Origin: Eledone cirrhosa
Lineage: Eukaryota
Assembly (NCBI GenBank): GCA_964016885.1
Contig: OZ024741.1
Location: 385,330,001 to 385,394,000, forward strand
Direction of reading: 5' to 3'
DNA length: 64,000 bases
Position 1 is the first letter of the stretch. Every line of letters starts with the position of its first letter. The translations under genes and the position numbers were made by a program. Of this stretch, positions 25,450 to 38,500 are shown piece by piece. The notes below the pieces were generated by a model. The model did not search any database, was not told the DNA's origin, and saw nothing but the letters and a program-made list of their open reading frames with translations.

Positions 25450-28400
25450 AGAGTTAAGGTGACTGTGAGAGAGAGTGAGAATTAAGGTGACTGTGAGAGA
25501 GAGAGTTAAGATGACAGTGAGAGAGAGAGAGAGTTAAGGTGACAGTGAGAGAGAGAGAGAGTTAAGGTGACTGTGAGAGAGAGAATTAAGGTGACAGTGA
25601 GAGAGAGAGAGAGTTAAGGTGACAGTGAGAGAGAGAGAGAGAGTTAAGGTGACAGTGAGAGAGAGAGAGAGTTAAGGTGACAGTGAGATAGAGAGTTAAG
25701 GTGACAGTGAGAGAGAGAGTTAAGGTGACAGTGAGTTAGAGAGAGAGTTAAAGTGACAGTGAGAGAGAGAGAGAGATTTAAGGTGACAGGGAGAGAGAGA
25801 GAGAGTTTAGGTGACAGTGAGAGAGAGAGTTAAGGTGACAGTGTGAGACAGAGAGAGTTAAGGTGACTGTGAGAGAGAGAGAGTTAAGGTGACTGTGAGA
25901 GAGAGAGAGAGTTAAGGTGACTGTGAGAGAGAGAGAGAGAGAGTTAAGGTGACAGTTAGAGAGAGAGAGAGTTAAGGTGAGAGTGAGAGAGTGAGAGAGT
26001 TAAGGTGACTGTGAGAGAGAGAGAGAGTTAAGGTGACAGTGAGAGAGAGAGAGAGTTAAGGTGAATGTGAGAGAGAGAGTTAAGGTAACAGTGAGAGAGA
26101 GAGTTAAGGTGACTGTGAGAGAGAGAGAGTTAAGTTGACTGTGAGAGAGAGAGAGAGTTAAGGTGACAGTGAGAGAGAGAGTGAGTTAAGGTGACAGTGA
26201 GAGAGAGAGAGAGAGTTAAGGTGACAGTGAGAGAGAGAGAGAGTTAAGGTGACTGTGAGAGAGAGAGTTAAGGTGACAGTGAGAGAGAGAGTGTTAAGAT
26301 GACAGTGAGAGAGAGAGAGTTAAGGTGACAGTGAGAGAGAGAGTTAAGGTGACAGTGAGAGAGAGAGTTAAGGTGACAGTGAGAGAGAGGGATAGTTAAG
26401 GTGACAGTGAGAGATAGAGAGTTTAGGTGAAAGTGAGAGAGAGTTAAGGTGACAGTGATAGAGAGCGTTAAGGTGAATGTGAGAGAGAGGGAGAGTTAAG
26501 GTGATAGTGAGAGAGAGAGTTAAGGTGACAGTGAGAGAGAGTTAAGGTGACAGGGAGAGAGAGAGAGAGAGAGAGTTAAGGTGACAGTGAGAGAGGGGGA
26601 GAGTTAAGGTGACTGTGAGAGAGAGAGAGAGTTAAGGTGACTGTGAGAGAGAGAGAGAGAATTAAGGTGACAGTGAGAGAGTGAGAGAGTTAAGGTGACA
26701 GTGAGAGAGAGAGAGAGTTAAGGTGACAGTGAGAGAGAGAGAGAGTTAAGGTGACAGTGAGAGAGAGAGAGAGTTAAGGTGACTGTGAGAGAGAGAATTA
26801 AGGTGACAGTGAGAGAGAGAGAGAGTTAAGGTGACAGTGAGAGAGAGAGAGAGTTAAGGTGACAGTGAGAGAGAGAGAGTTAAGGTGACAGTGAGATAGA
26901 GAGTTAAGGTGACAGTGAGAGAGAGAGTTAAGGTGACAGTGAGTTAGAGAGAGAGTTAAAGTGACAGTGAGAGAGAGAGAGTTAAGGTGACAGTGAGAGA
27001 GAGAGAGAGTTTAGGTGACAGTGAGAGAGATTTAAGGTGACAGTGAGAGACAGAGAGAGTTAAGGTGACTGTGAGAGAGAGAGAGAGTTAAGGTGACTGT
27101 GAAAGAGAGAGAGAGTTAAGGTGACTGTGAGAGAGAGAGAAAGTTAAGGTGACTGTGAGAGAGAGAGAGAGAGAGTTAAGGTGACAGTTAGAGAGAGAGT
27201 TTAGGTGACTGTGAGAGAGAGAGAGAGAGTTAAGGTGACAGTGAGTGAGAGAGAGAAAGTTAAGGTGACTGTGAGAGAGAGTGAGAGTTAAGGTGACTGT
27301 GAGAGAGAGAGTTAAGATGACAGTGAGAGAGAGAGAGAGAGTTAAGGTGACAGTGAGAGAGAGAGAGAGTTAAGGTGACTGTTAGAGAGAGAATTAAGGT
27401 GACAGTGAGAGAGACAGAGAGTTAAGGTGACAGTGAGAGAGAGAGAGTTAAGGTGACAGTGAGAGAGAGAGAGAGTTAAGGTGACAGTGAGATAGAGAGT
27501 TAAGGTGACAGTGAGAGAGAGAGTTAAGGTGACGGTGAGTTAGAGAGAGAGTTAAAGTGACTGAGAGAGAGAGTTAAGGTGACAGTGAGAGAGAGAGAGA
27601 GAGAGAGTTAAGGTGACAGTGAGAGAGGGGGAGAGTTAAGGTGACTGTGAGAGAGAGAGAGAGTTAAGGTGACTGTGAGAGAGAGAGTTAAGGTGACGGT
27701 GAGTTAGAGAGAGAGTTAAAGTGACAGTGAGAGAGAGAGAGAGATTTAAGGTGACAGTGAGAGAGAGAGAGAGTTTAGGTGACAGTGAGAGAGAGAGAGA
27801 GAGAGTTAAGGTGACTGTGAGAGAGAGTGACAGTTAAGGTGACTGTGAGAGAGAGAGAGAGTTAAGGTGACTGTGAGAGACAGAATTAAGGTGACAGTGA
27901 GAGAGAGAGAGTGTTAAGGTGACAGTGAGAGAGAGAGAGAGAGTTAAGGTGACAGTGAGAGAGAGAGAGAGTTAAGGTGACAGTGAGAGAGAGAGAGAGT
28001 TAAGGTGACAGTGAGATAGAGAGTTAAGGTGACAGTGAGAGAGAGAGTTAAGGTGACAGTGAGTTAGAGAGAGAGTTAAAGTGACAGTGAGAGAGAGAGA
28101 GAGATTTAAGGTGACAGTGAGAGAGAGAGAGAGTTTAGGTGACAGTGAGAGAGAGAGTTAAGGTGACAGTGAGAGAGAGAGAGAGTTTAGGTGACAGTGA
28201 GAGAGAGAATTAAGGTGACTGTGAGTTAGAGAGAGAGTTAAAGTGACAGTGAGAGAGAGAGAGATTTAAGGTGACAGTGAGAGAGAGAGAGAGTTTAGGT
28301 GACTGTGAGAGAGAGAGTTAAGGTGACAGTGAGAGAGAGAGAGAGTTTAGGTGACAGTGAGAGAGAGAGAGTTAAGGTGACAGTGAGAGAGAGAGTAAAG

Positions 28401-31400
28401 GTGACAGTGAGAGAGAGAGTTAAGGTGACAGTGAGAGAGAGGGAGAGTTAAGGTGACAGTGAGAGATAGAGAGTTTAGGTGAAAGTGAGAGAGAGTTACG
28501 GTGACAGTGATAGAGAGCGTTAAAGTGACAGTGAGAGAGAGGGAGAGTTAAGGTGACAGTGAGAGAGAGAGTTAAGGTGACAGTGAGAGAGAGGGAGAGT
28601 TAAGGTGACAGTGAGAGAGAGAGAGAGTTAAGGTGACAGTGAGAGAGAGAGAGAGAGTTAAGGTGATAGTGAGAGAGGGGGAGAGTTAAGGTGACTGTGA
28701 GAGAGAGAGAGAGAGTTAAGGTGACCGTGAGAGAGAGTGACAGTTAATGTGACTGTGAGAGAGAGAGAGAGTTAAGGTGACTGTGAGAGAGAGAGAGAGA
28801 GAGTTAAGGTGACTGTGAGAGAGAGTGACAGTTACTGTGACTGTGAGAGAGAGAGAGAGTTAAGGTGACTGTGAGAGAGAGAATTAAGGTGACAGTGAGA
28901 GAGAGAGAGAGTTAAGGTGACAGTGAGAGAGAGAGAGAGTTAAGGTGACAGTGAGAGAGAGAGAGTTAAGGTGACAGTGAGAGAGAGAGAGAGTTTAGGT
29001 GACAGTGAGAGAGATTTAAGGTGACAGTGAGAGAGAGAGAGAGTTAAGGTGACAGTGAGAGACAGAGAGAGTTAAGGTGACTGTGAGAGAGAGAGAGAGT
29101 TAAGGTGACTGTGAAAGAGAGAGAGAGTTAAGGTGACTGTGAGAGAGAGAGAAAGTTAAGGTGACTGTGAGAGAGAGAGAGAGAGAGTTAAGGTGACAGT
29201 TAGAGAGAGAGTTTAGGTGACTGTGAGAGAGAGAGAGAGAGTTAAGGTGACAGTGAGTGAGAGAGAGAGAGTTAAGGTGACTGTGAGAGAGAGTGAGAGT
29301 TAAGGTGACTGTGAGAGAGAGAGTTAAGATGACAGTGAGAGAGAGAGAGAGAGTTAAGGTGACAGTGAGAGAGAGAGAGAGTTAAGGTGACTGTTAGAGA
29401 GAGAATTAAGGTGACAGTGAGAGAGACAGAGAGTTAAGGTGACAGTGAGAGAGAGAGAGAGTTAAGGTGACAGTGAGAGAGAGAGAGAGTTAAGGTGACA
29501 GTGAGATAGAGAGTTAAGGTGACAGTGAGAGAGAGAGTTAAGGTGACGGTGAGTTAGAGAGAGAGTTAAAGTGACTGAGAGAGAGAGTTAAGGTGACAGT
29601 GAGAGAGAGAGAGAGTTTAGGTGACAGTGAGAGAGAGAGTTAAGGTGACAGTTAGAGAGAGAGTTTAGGTGACTGTGCGAGAGAGAGAGAGTTAAGGTGA
29701 CAGTGAGTGAGAGAGAGAGAGTAAAGGTGACTGTGAGAGAGAGTGAGAGTTAAGGTGACTGTGAGAGAGACAGTTATGATGACAGTGAGAGAGAGAGAGA
29801 GAGTTAAGGTGACAGTGAGAGAGAGAGAGAGTTAAGGTGACAGTGAGAGCGAGAGAGAGTTAAGGTGACAGTGAGAGAGAGAGAGAGTTAAGGTCACAGT
29901 GAGAGAGAGAGAGAGTTAAGGTCACAGTGAGATAGAGAGTTAAGGTGACAGTGAGAGAGAGAGTTAAGGTGACAGTGAGTTAGAGAGAGAGAGTTAAAGT
30001 GACAGTGAGAGAGAGAGAGAGATTTAAGGTGACAGTGAGAGAGAGAGAGAGTTTAGGTGACAGTGAGAGAGAGAGTTAAGGTGACAGTGAGAGACAGAGA
30101 GAGTTAAGGTGACTGTGAGAGAGAGAGAGTTAAGGTGACTGTGAGAGAGAGAGAGAGTTAAGGTGACTGTGAGAGAGAGTGAGAGAGAGTTAAGGTGACA
30201 GTTAGAGAGAGAGAGAGTTAAGGTGACAGTGAGAGAGTGAGAGAGTTAAGGTGACTGTGAGAGAGAGAGAGAGTTAAGGTGACAGTGAGAGAGAGAGAGA
30301 GAGTTAAGGTGAATGTGAGAGAGAGAGTTAAGGTGACAGTGAGAGAGTTAAGGTGACTGTGAGAGAGAGAGAGTTAAGGTGACAGTGAGAGAGAGAGTGA
30401 GTTAAGGTGACAGTGAGAGAGAGAGAGAGAGTTAAGGTGACAGTGAGAGAGAGGGAGAGTTAAGGTGACAGTGAGAGAGAGAGAGAGAGAGAGTTAAGGT
30501 GACAGTGAGAGAGGGGGAGAGTTAAGGTGACTGTGAGAGAGAGAGAGAGTTAAGGTGACTGTGAGAGAGAGAGAGAGAATTAAGGTGACTGTGAGAGAGA
30601 GTGACAGTTAAGGTGACTGTGAGAGAGAGAGAGAGTTAAGGTGACTGTGAGAGAGAGAATTAAGGTGACAGTGAGAGAGAGAGAGAGTTAAGGTGACAGT
30701 GAGAGAGAGAGAGAGTTAAGGTGACAACGAGAGAGAGAGAGAGTTTAGGTGACAGTGAGAGAGAGAGAGAGTTAAGGTGACTGTGAGAGAGAGAGAGAGA
30801 GAGAGAGTTAAGGTGACAGTTAGAGAGAGAGAGAGTTAAGGTGACAGTGAGAGAGTGAGAGAGTTAAGGTGACTGTGAGAGAGAGAGAGAGTTAAGGCGA
30901 CTGTGAGAGAGAGAGAGAGAGAGAGTTAAGGTGACTGTGAGAGAGAGTGACAGTTAATGTGACTGTGAGAGAGAGAGAGAGAGTTAAGGTGACTGTGAGA
31001 GAGAGAATTAAGGTGACAGTGAGAGAGAGAGAGAGTTAAGGTGACAGTGAGAGAGATAGAGAGTTAAGGTGACAGTGAGAGAGAGAGTTAAGGTGACTGT
31101 GAGAGAGAGAATTAAGGTGACAGTGAGAGAGAGAGAGAGTTAAGGTGACAGTGAGAGAGAGAGAGTTAAGGTGACAGTGAGATAGAGAGTTAAGGTGACA
31201 GTGAGAGAGAGAGTTAAGGTGACAGTGAGTTAGAGAGAGAGTTAAAGTGACAGTGAGAGAGAGAGAGAGTTAAGGTGACAGTGAGAGAGAGAGAGAGTTT
31301 AGGTGACAGTGAGAGAGAGAGAGAGTTAAGGTGACTGTGAGAGAGAGAGAGAGTTAAGGTGACAGTTAGAGAGAGAGTTTAGATGACTGTGCGAGAGAGA

Positions 31401-33904
31401 GTTAAGGTGACAGTGAGTGAGAGAGAGAGTTAAGGTGACTGTGAGAGAGAGTGAGAGTTACGGTGACTGTGAGAGAGAGAGTTAAGATGACAGTGAGAGA
31501 GAGAGAGAGAGTTAAGGTGACAGTGAGAGAGAGAGAGAGTTAAGGTGACTGTGAGAGAGAGAATTAAGGTGACAGTGAGAGAGAGAGAGAGTTAAGGTGA
31601 CAGTGAGAGAGAGAGAGAGTTAAGGTGACAGTGAGAGAGAGAGAGAGTTAAGGTGACAGTGAGATAGAGAGTTAAGGTGACAGTGAGAGAGAGAGTTAAG
31701 GTGACAGTGAGTTAGAGAGAGAGTTAAAGTGACAGTGAGAGAGAGAGAGAGAGAGATTTAAGGTGACAGTGAGGGAGAGAGAGAGTTTAGGTGACAGTGA
31801 GAGAGAGAGTTAAGGTGACAGTGAGAGACAGAGAGAGTTAAGGTGACTGTGAGAGAGAGAGAGTTAAGGTGACTGTGAGAGAGAGAGAGAGTTAAGGTGA
31901 CTGTGTGAGAGAGAGAGAGTTAAGGTGACAGTGAGAGAGTGAGAGAGTTAAGGTGACTGTGAGAGAGAGAGAGAGTTAAGGTGACAGTGAGAGAGAGAGA
32001 GAGTTAAGGTGAATGTGAGAGAGAGAGTTAAGATGACAGTGAGAGAGAGCGTTAAGGTGACTGTGAGAGAGAGAGAGTTAAGGTGACTGTGAGAGAGAGA
32101 GAGTTAAGGTGACAGTGAGAGAGAGAGTGAGTTAAGGTGACAGTGAGAGAGAGAGAGAGAGTTAAGGTGACAGTGAGAGAGAGAGAGAGTTAAGGTGACT
32201 GTGAGAGAGAGAGTTAAGGTGACTGTGAGAGAGAGAGTTAAGGTGACAGTGAGAGACATAGAGAGTTAAGGTGACTGTGAGAGAGAGAGAGAGTTAAGGT
32301 GACTGTGAGAGAGAGAGAGAGTTAAGGTGACTTTGAGAGAGAGAGAGAGTTAAGGTGACAGTGAGAGAGAGAGAGAGATAGTTAAGGTGACAGTTAGAGA
32401 GAGAGTTTAGGTGACTGTGAGAGAGAGAGAGAGTTAAGGTGACAGTGAGTGAGACAGAGAGAGTTAAGGTGACTGTGAGAGAGAGTGAGAGTTAAGGTGA
32501 CTGTGAGAGAGAGAGTTAAGATGACAGTGAGAGAGAGAGAGAGAGTTAAGGTGACAGTGAGAGAGAGAGAGAGTTAAGGTGACTGTGAGAGAGAGAATTA
32601 AGGTGACAGTGAGAGAGAGAGAGAGTTAAGGTGACAGTGAGAGAGAGAGAGAGTTAAGGTGACAGTGAGAGAGAGAGAGAGTTAAGGTGACAGTGAGATA
32701 GAGAGTTAAGGTGACAGTGAGAGAGAGAGTTAAGGTGACGGTGAGTTAGAGAGAGAGTTAAAGTGACAGTGAGAGAGAGAGAGAGATTTAAGGTGACAGT
32801 GAGAGAGAGAGAGAGTTTAGGTGACAGTGAGAGAGAGAGTTAAGGTGACAGTGAGAGAGAGAGAGTTAAGGTGACAGTGAGAGAGAGAGTAAAGGTGACA
32901 GTGAGAGAGAGAGTTAAGGTGACAGTGAGAGAGAGGGAGAGTTAAGGTGACAGTGAGAGATAGAGAGTTTAGGTGAAAGTGAGAGAGAGTTAAGGTGACA
33001 GTGATAGAGAGTGTTAAGGTGACAGTGAGAGAGAGAGAGTTAAGGTGACAGTGAGAGAGAGAGTAAAGGTGACAGTGATACAGAGTGTTAAGGTGACAGT
33101 GAGAGAGAGGGAGAGTTAAGGTGACAGTGAGAGAGAGAGTTAAGGTTACAGTGAGAGAGAGGGAGAGTTAAGGTGACAGTGAGAGAGAGAGAGTTAAGGC
33201 GACAGTGAGAGAGAGAGAGTTAAGTTGACAGTGAGAGAGGGGGAGAGTTAAGGTGACTGTGAGAGGGAGAGAGAGAGAGTTAAGGTGACTGTGAGAGAGA
33301 GTGACAGTTAAGGTGACTGTGAGAGAGAGAGAGAGTTAAGGTGACTGTGAGAGAGAGAATTAATGTGACAGTGAGAGAGAGAGAGAGTTAAGGTGACAGT
33401 GAGAGAGAGAGAGAGTTAAGGTGACAGTGAGAGAGAGAGAGTTAAGGTGACTGTGAGAGAGAGAATTAAGGTGACAGTGAGAGAGAGAGAGAGTTAAGGT
33501 GACAGTGAGAGAGAGAGAGTTAAGGTGACAGTGAGATAGAGAGTTAAGGTGACAGTGAGAGAGAGAGTTAAGGTGACAGTGAGTTAGAGAGAGAGTTAAA
33601 GTGACAGTGAGAGAGAGAGAGAGATTTAAGGTGACAGTGAGAGAGAGAGAGAGAGTTTAGGTGACAGTGAGAGAGAGAGTTAAGGTGACAGTGAGAGACA
33701 GAGAGAGTTAAGGTGACTGTGAGAGAGAGAGAGTTAAGGTGACTGTGAGAGAGAGAGTTTAGCTGACTGTGAGAGAGAGTGAGTTAAGGTGACAGTGAGA
33801 GAGAGAGAGAGAGTTGAGGTGACAGTGAGAGAGAGAGAGTTAAGGTGACAGTGAGAGAGAGAGAGAGTTGAGGTGACAGTGAGAGAGAGAGAATTAAGGT
33901 GACA

Positions 33905-33941
<37 letters not shown>

Positions 33942-35520
33942 GAGGTGTCAGTGAGAGACAGAGAGAGAGAGAGCTAAGGTGAGAGTGTGAGAGAGAGAGT
34001 TAAGGTGACAGTGAGAGAGAGCGAGAGCTAAGGTGAGAGTGTGAGAGAGTGAGAGAGTGAGAGAGTGAGAGAGAGAGCTAAGGTGACAGTGTGAGAAAGA
34101 GAGAGCCTGAGTTACGGTGACAGTGACAGTGAGAGAGAGAGAGAGTTTAGGTGACAGTGAGAGAGAGAGTTAAGGTGACAGTGAGAGACAGAGAGAGTTA
34201 AGGTGACTGTGAGAGAGAGAGAGAGTTAAGGTGACTGTGAGAGAGAGAGAGAGTTAAGGTGACTGTGAGAGAGAGAGAGAGTTAAGGTGACTGTGAGAGA
34301 GAGAGAGAGAGAGTTAAGGTGACAGTTAGAGAGAGAGTTTAGGTGACTGTGCGAGAGAGAGAGAGTTAAGGTGACAGTGAGTGAGAGAGTTAAGATGACA
34401 GTGAGAGAGAGAGAGAGAGCTTAGGTGACAGTGAGAGAGAGAGAGAGTTAAGGTGACAGTGAGAGAGAGAGAGAGTTAAGGTGACAGTGAGATAGAGAGT
34501 TAAGGTGACAGTGAGAGAGAGAGTTAAGGTGACAGTGAGTTAGAGAGAGAGTTAAAGTGACAGTGAGAGAGAGAGAGAGATTTAAGGTGACAGTGAGAGA
34601 GAGAGAGAGTTTAGGTGACAGTGAGAGAGAGAGTTAAGGTGACAGTGAGAGACAGAGAGAGTTAAGGTGACTGTGAGAGAGAGAGAGAGAGTTAAGGTGA
34701 CAGTTAGAGAGAGAGAGAGTTAAGGTGACAGTGAGAGAGTGAGAGAGTTAAGGTGACTGTGAGAGAGAGAGAGAGTTAAGGTGACAGTGAGAGAGAGAGA
34801 GAGTTAAGGTGACTGTGAGAGAGAGAGTTAATGTGACAGTGAGAGAGAGAGTTAAGGTGACTGTGAGAGAGAGAGAGTTAAGGTGACTGTGAGAGAGAGA
34901 GAGTTAAGGTGACAGTGAGAGAGAGAGTGAGTTAAGGTGACAGTGAGAGAGAGAGAGAGTTAAGGTGACAGTGAGAGAGAGAGAGTTAAGGTGAATGACA
35001 GAGAGTGAGAGAGTTAAGGTGACAGTTAGAGAGAGAGTTAAGGTGACTGTGAGAGAGAGAGAGAGTTAAGGTGACAGTGAGAGAGAGAGAGAGTTAAGGT
35101 GACAGTGAGAGAGTGAGAGATTTAAGGTGACAGTGAGAGAGAGAGAGAGTTAAGGTGACAGTGAGAGAGAGAGTTAAGCTGACTGTGAGAGAGAGTGAGT
35201 TAAGGTGACAGTGAGAGAGAGAGAGAGAGTTGAGGTGACAGTGAGAGAGAGAGAGTTAAGGTGAAAGTGAGAGAGAGAGAGAGTTGAGGTGACAGTGAGA
35301 GAGAGAGAATTAAGGTGACAGTGCGAGAGAGAGAGAGAGAGTTGAGGTGTCAGTGAGAGACAGAGAGAGAGAGAGCTAAGGTGAGAGTGTGAGAGAGAGA
35401 GTTAAGGTGACAGTGAGAGAGAGAGAGAGCTAAGGTGACAGTGTGAGTGAGTGAGAGAGTGAGAGAGTGAGAGAGAGAGCTAAGGTGACAGTGTGAGAAA
35501 GAGAGAGACTGAGTTACGGT

Positions 35521-35559
<39 letters not shown>

Positions 35560-38500
35560 GACGTTACAATGTGAGAGATAAAGAGAGAGTTAAGGTGACA
35601 GTGAGAGAGAGAGTTAAGGTGACAGTGAGAGAGAGAGTTAAAATGACATTGTGATACAGAGAGTGAGAGAGATTTAATGGGACTGTGTGTGAGTGAGAGA
35701 GAGTTGAGTTGAGAGTGAGAGAGAGAGAGAGTGAGAGATTGAAGGTGACAGTGTGAGAGAGTGAAAGAGTTAAGGTGACAGTGACAGTAAGAGAGAGAGT
35801 TTTAATGTGAAGGTGGCAGTGAAAGAGAGAGAGAGAGAGATTTAATTAACAGTGTTAGAGGGAGAGAAAAGTTGAGCTGACAGTGAGAGAGAGAGAGAGT
35901 TAAGAGGACAGTGAGAGAGAGAGGGTTGAGGTGACAATGAGGGAGGGAGTTAAGGTGACAGTGAGAGAGAGAGGGAGTTAAGATGACAGTGACAGTAAGA
36001 GAGAGAGACTTTTAAGGCGTCAGTGATAGAGAGAGAGAGAGTTAAGGTGACAGTGTGAGAGAGAGTTTAGGTGTTGGGGTGATAGTGTGAGAGAGAGAGA
36101 GAGAGAGAGTTAAGGTGACAGTGTGAGAGAGAGAGAGAGTTGAGGTGACAGTGAGGGAGAAAGAGACAATGTGAGAGAGTTACGGTGACAGTTACGGTGA
36201 CAGTAAGAGGGAAAGTTAAGGTGACATTGAGAGAGAGAGAGAGTTAAGGTGACAGTGAGAGAGAGAGAGAGTTAAGGTGACTGTGAGAGAGAGAATTAAG
36301 GTGACAGTGAGAGAGAGAGAGAGTTAAGGTGACAGTGAGAGAGAGAGAGAGAGTTAAGGTGACAGTGAGAGAGAGAGAGAGTTAAGGTGACAGTGAGATA
36401 GAGAGTTAAGGTGACAGTGAGAGAGAGAGTTAAGGTGACAGTGAGTTAGAGAGAGAGTTAAAGTGACAGTGAGAGAGAGAGAGAGATTTAAGGTGACAGG
36501 GAGAGAGAGAGAGAGTTTAGGTGACAGTGAGAGAGAGAGTTAAGGTGACAGTGTGAGACAGAGAGAGTTAAGGTGACTGTGAGAGAGAGAGAGTTAAGGT
36601 GACTGTGAGAGAGAGAGAGAGTTAAGGTGACTGTGAGAGAGAGAGAGAGAGAGTTAAGGTGACAGTTAGAGAGAGAGAGAGTTAAGGTGAGAGTGAGAGA
36701 GTGAGAGAGTTAAGGTGACTGTGAGAGAGAGAGAGAGTTAAGGTGACAGTGAGAGAGAGAGAGAGTTAAGGTGAATGTGAGAGAGAGAGTTAAGGTAACA
36801 GTGAGAGAGAGAGTTAAGGTGACTGTGAGAGAGAGAGAGTTAAGTTGACTGTGAGAGAGAGAGAGAGTTAAGGTGACAGTGAGAGAGAGAGTGAGTTAAG
36901 GTGACAGTGAGAGAGAGAGAGAGAGTTAAGGTGACAGTGAGAGAGAGAGAGAGTTAAGGTGACTGTGAGAGAGAGAGTTAAGGTGACAGTGAGAGAGAGA
37001 GTGTTAAGATGACAGTGAGAGAGAGAGAGTTAAGGTGACAGTGAGAGAGAGAGTTAAGGTGACAGTGAGAGAGAGAGTTAAGGTGACAGTGAGAGAGAGG
37101 GATAGTTAAGGTGACAGTGAGAGATAGAGAGTTTAGGTGAAAGTGAGAGAGAGTTAAGGTGACAGTGATAGAGAGCGTTAAGGTGAATGTGAGAGAGAGG
37201 GAGAGTTAAGGTGATAGTGAGAGAGAGAGTTAAGGTGACAGTGAGAGAGAGTTAAGGTGACAGGGAGAGAGAGAGAGAGAGAGAGTTAAGGTGACAGTGA
37301 GAGAGGGGGAGAGTTAAGGTGACTGTGAGAGAGAGAGAGAGTTAAGGTGACTGTGAGAGAGAGAGAGAGAATTAAGGTGACAGTGAGAGAGTGAGAGAGT
37401 TAAGGTGACAGTGAGAGAGAGAGAGAGTTAAGGTGACAGTGAGAGAGAGAGAGAGTTAAGGTGACAGTGAGAGAGAGAGAGAGTTAAGGTGACTGTGAGA
37501 GAGAGAATTAAGGTGACAGTGAGAGAGAGAGAGAGTTAAGGTGACAGTGAGAGAGAGAGAGAGTTAAGGTGACAGTGAGAGAGAGAGAGTTAAGGTGACA
37601 GTGAGATAGAGAGTTAAGGTGACAGTGAGAGAGAGAGTTAAGGTGACAGTGAGTTAGAGAGAGAGTTAAAGTGACAGTGAGAGAGAGAGAGTTAAGGTGA
37701 CAGTGAGAGAGAGAGAGAGTTTAGGTGACAGTGAGAGAGATTTAAGGTGACAGTGAGAGACAGAGAGAGTTAAGGTGACTGTGAAAGAGAGAGAGAGTTA
37801 AGGTGACTGTGAGAGAGAGAGAAAGTTAAGGTGACTGTGAGAGAGAGAGAGAGAGAGTTAAGGTGACAGTTAGAGAGAGAGTTTAGGTGACTGTGAGAGA
37901 GAGAGAGAGAGTTAAGGTGACAGTGAGTGAGAGAGAGAAAGTTAAGGTGACTGTGAGAGAGAGTGAGAGTTAAGGTGACTGTGAGAGAGAGAGTTAAGAT
38001 GACAGTGAGAGAGAGAGAGAGTTAAGGTGACTGTTAGAGAGAGAATTAAGGTGACAGTGAGAGAGACAGAGAGTTAAGGTGACAGTGAGAGAGAGAGAGT
38101 TAAGGTGACAGTGAGAGAGAGAGAGAGTTAAGGTGACAGTGAGATAGAGAGTTAAGGTGACAGTGAGAGAGAGAGTTAAGGTGACGGTGAGTTAGAGAGA
38201 GAGTTAAAGTGACTGAGAGAGAGAGTTAAGGTGACAGTGAGAGAGAGAGAGAGAGAGAGTTAAGGTGACAGTGAGAGAGAGAGAGAGTTAAGGTGACTGT
38301 TAGAGAGAGAATTAAGGTGACAGTGAGAGAGACAGAGAGTTAAGGTGACAGTGAGAGAGAGAGAGTTAAGGTGACAGTGAGAGAGAGAGAGAGTTAAGGT
38401 GACAGTGAGATAGAGAGTTAAGGTGACAGTGAGAGAGAGAGTTAAGGTGACGGTGAGTTAGAGAGAGAGTTAAAGTGACTGAGAGAGAGAGTTAAGGTGA

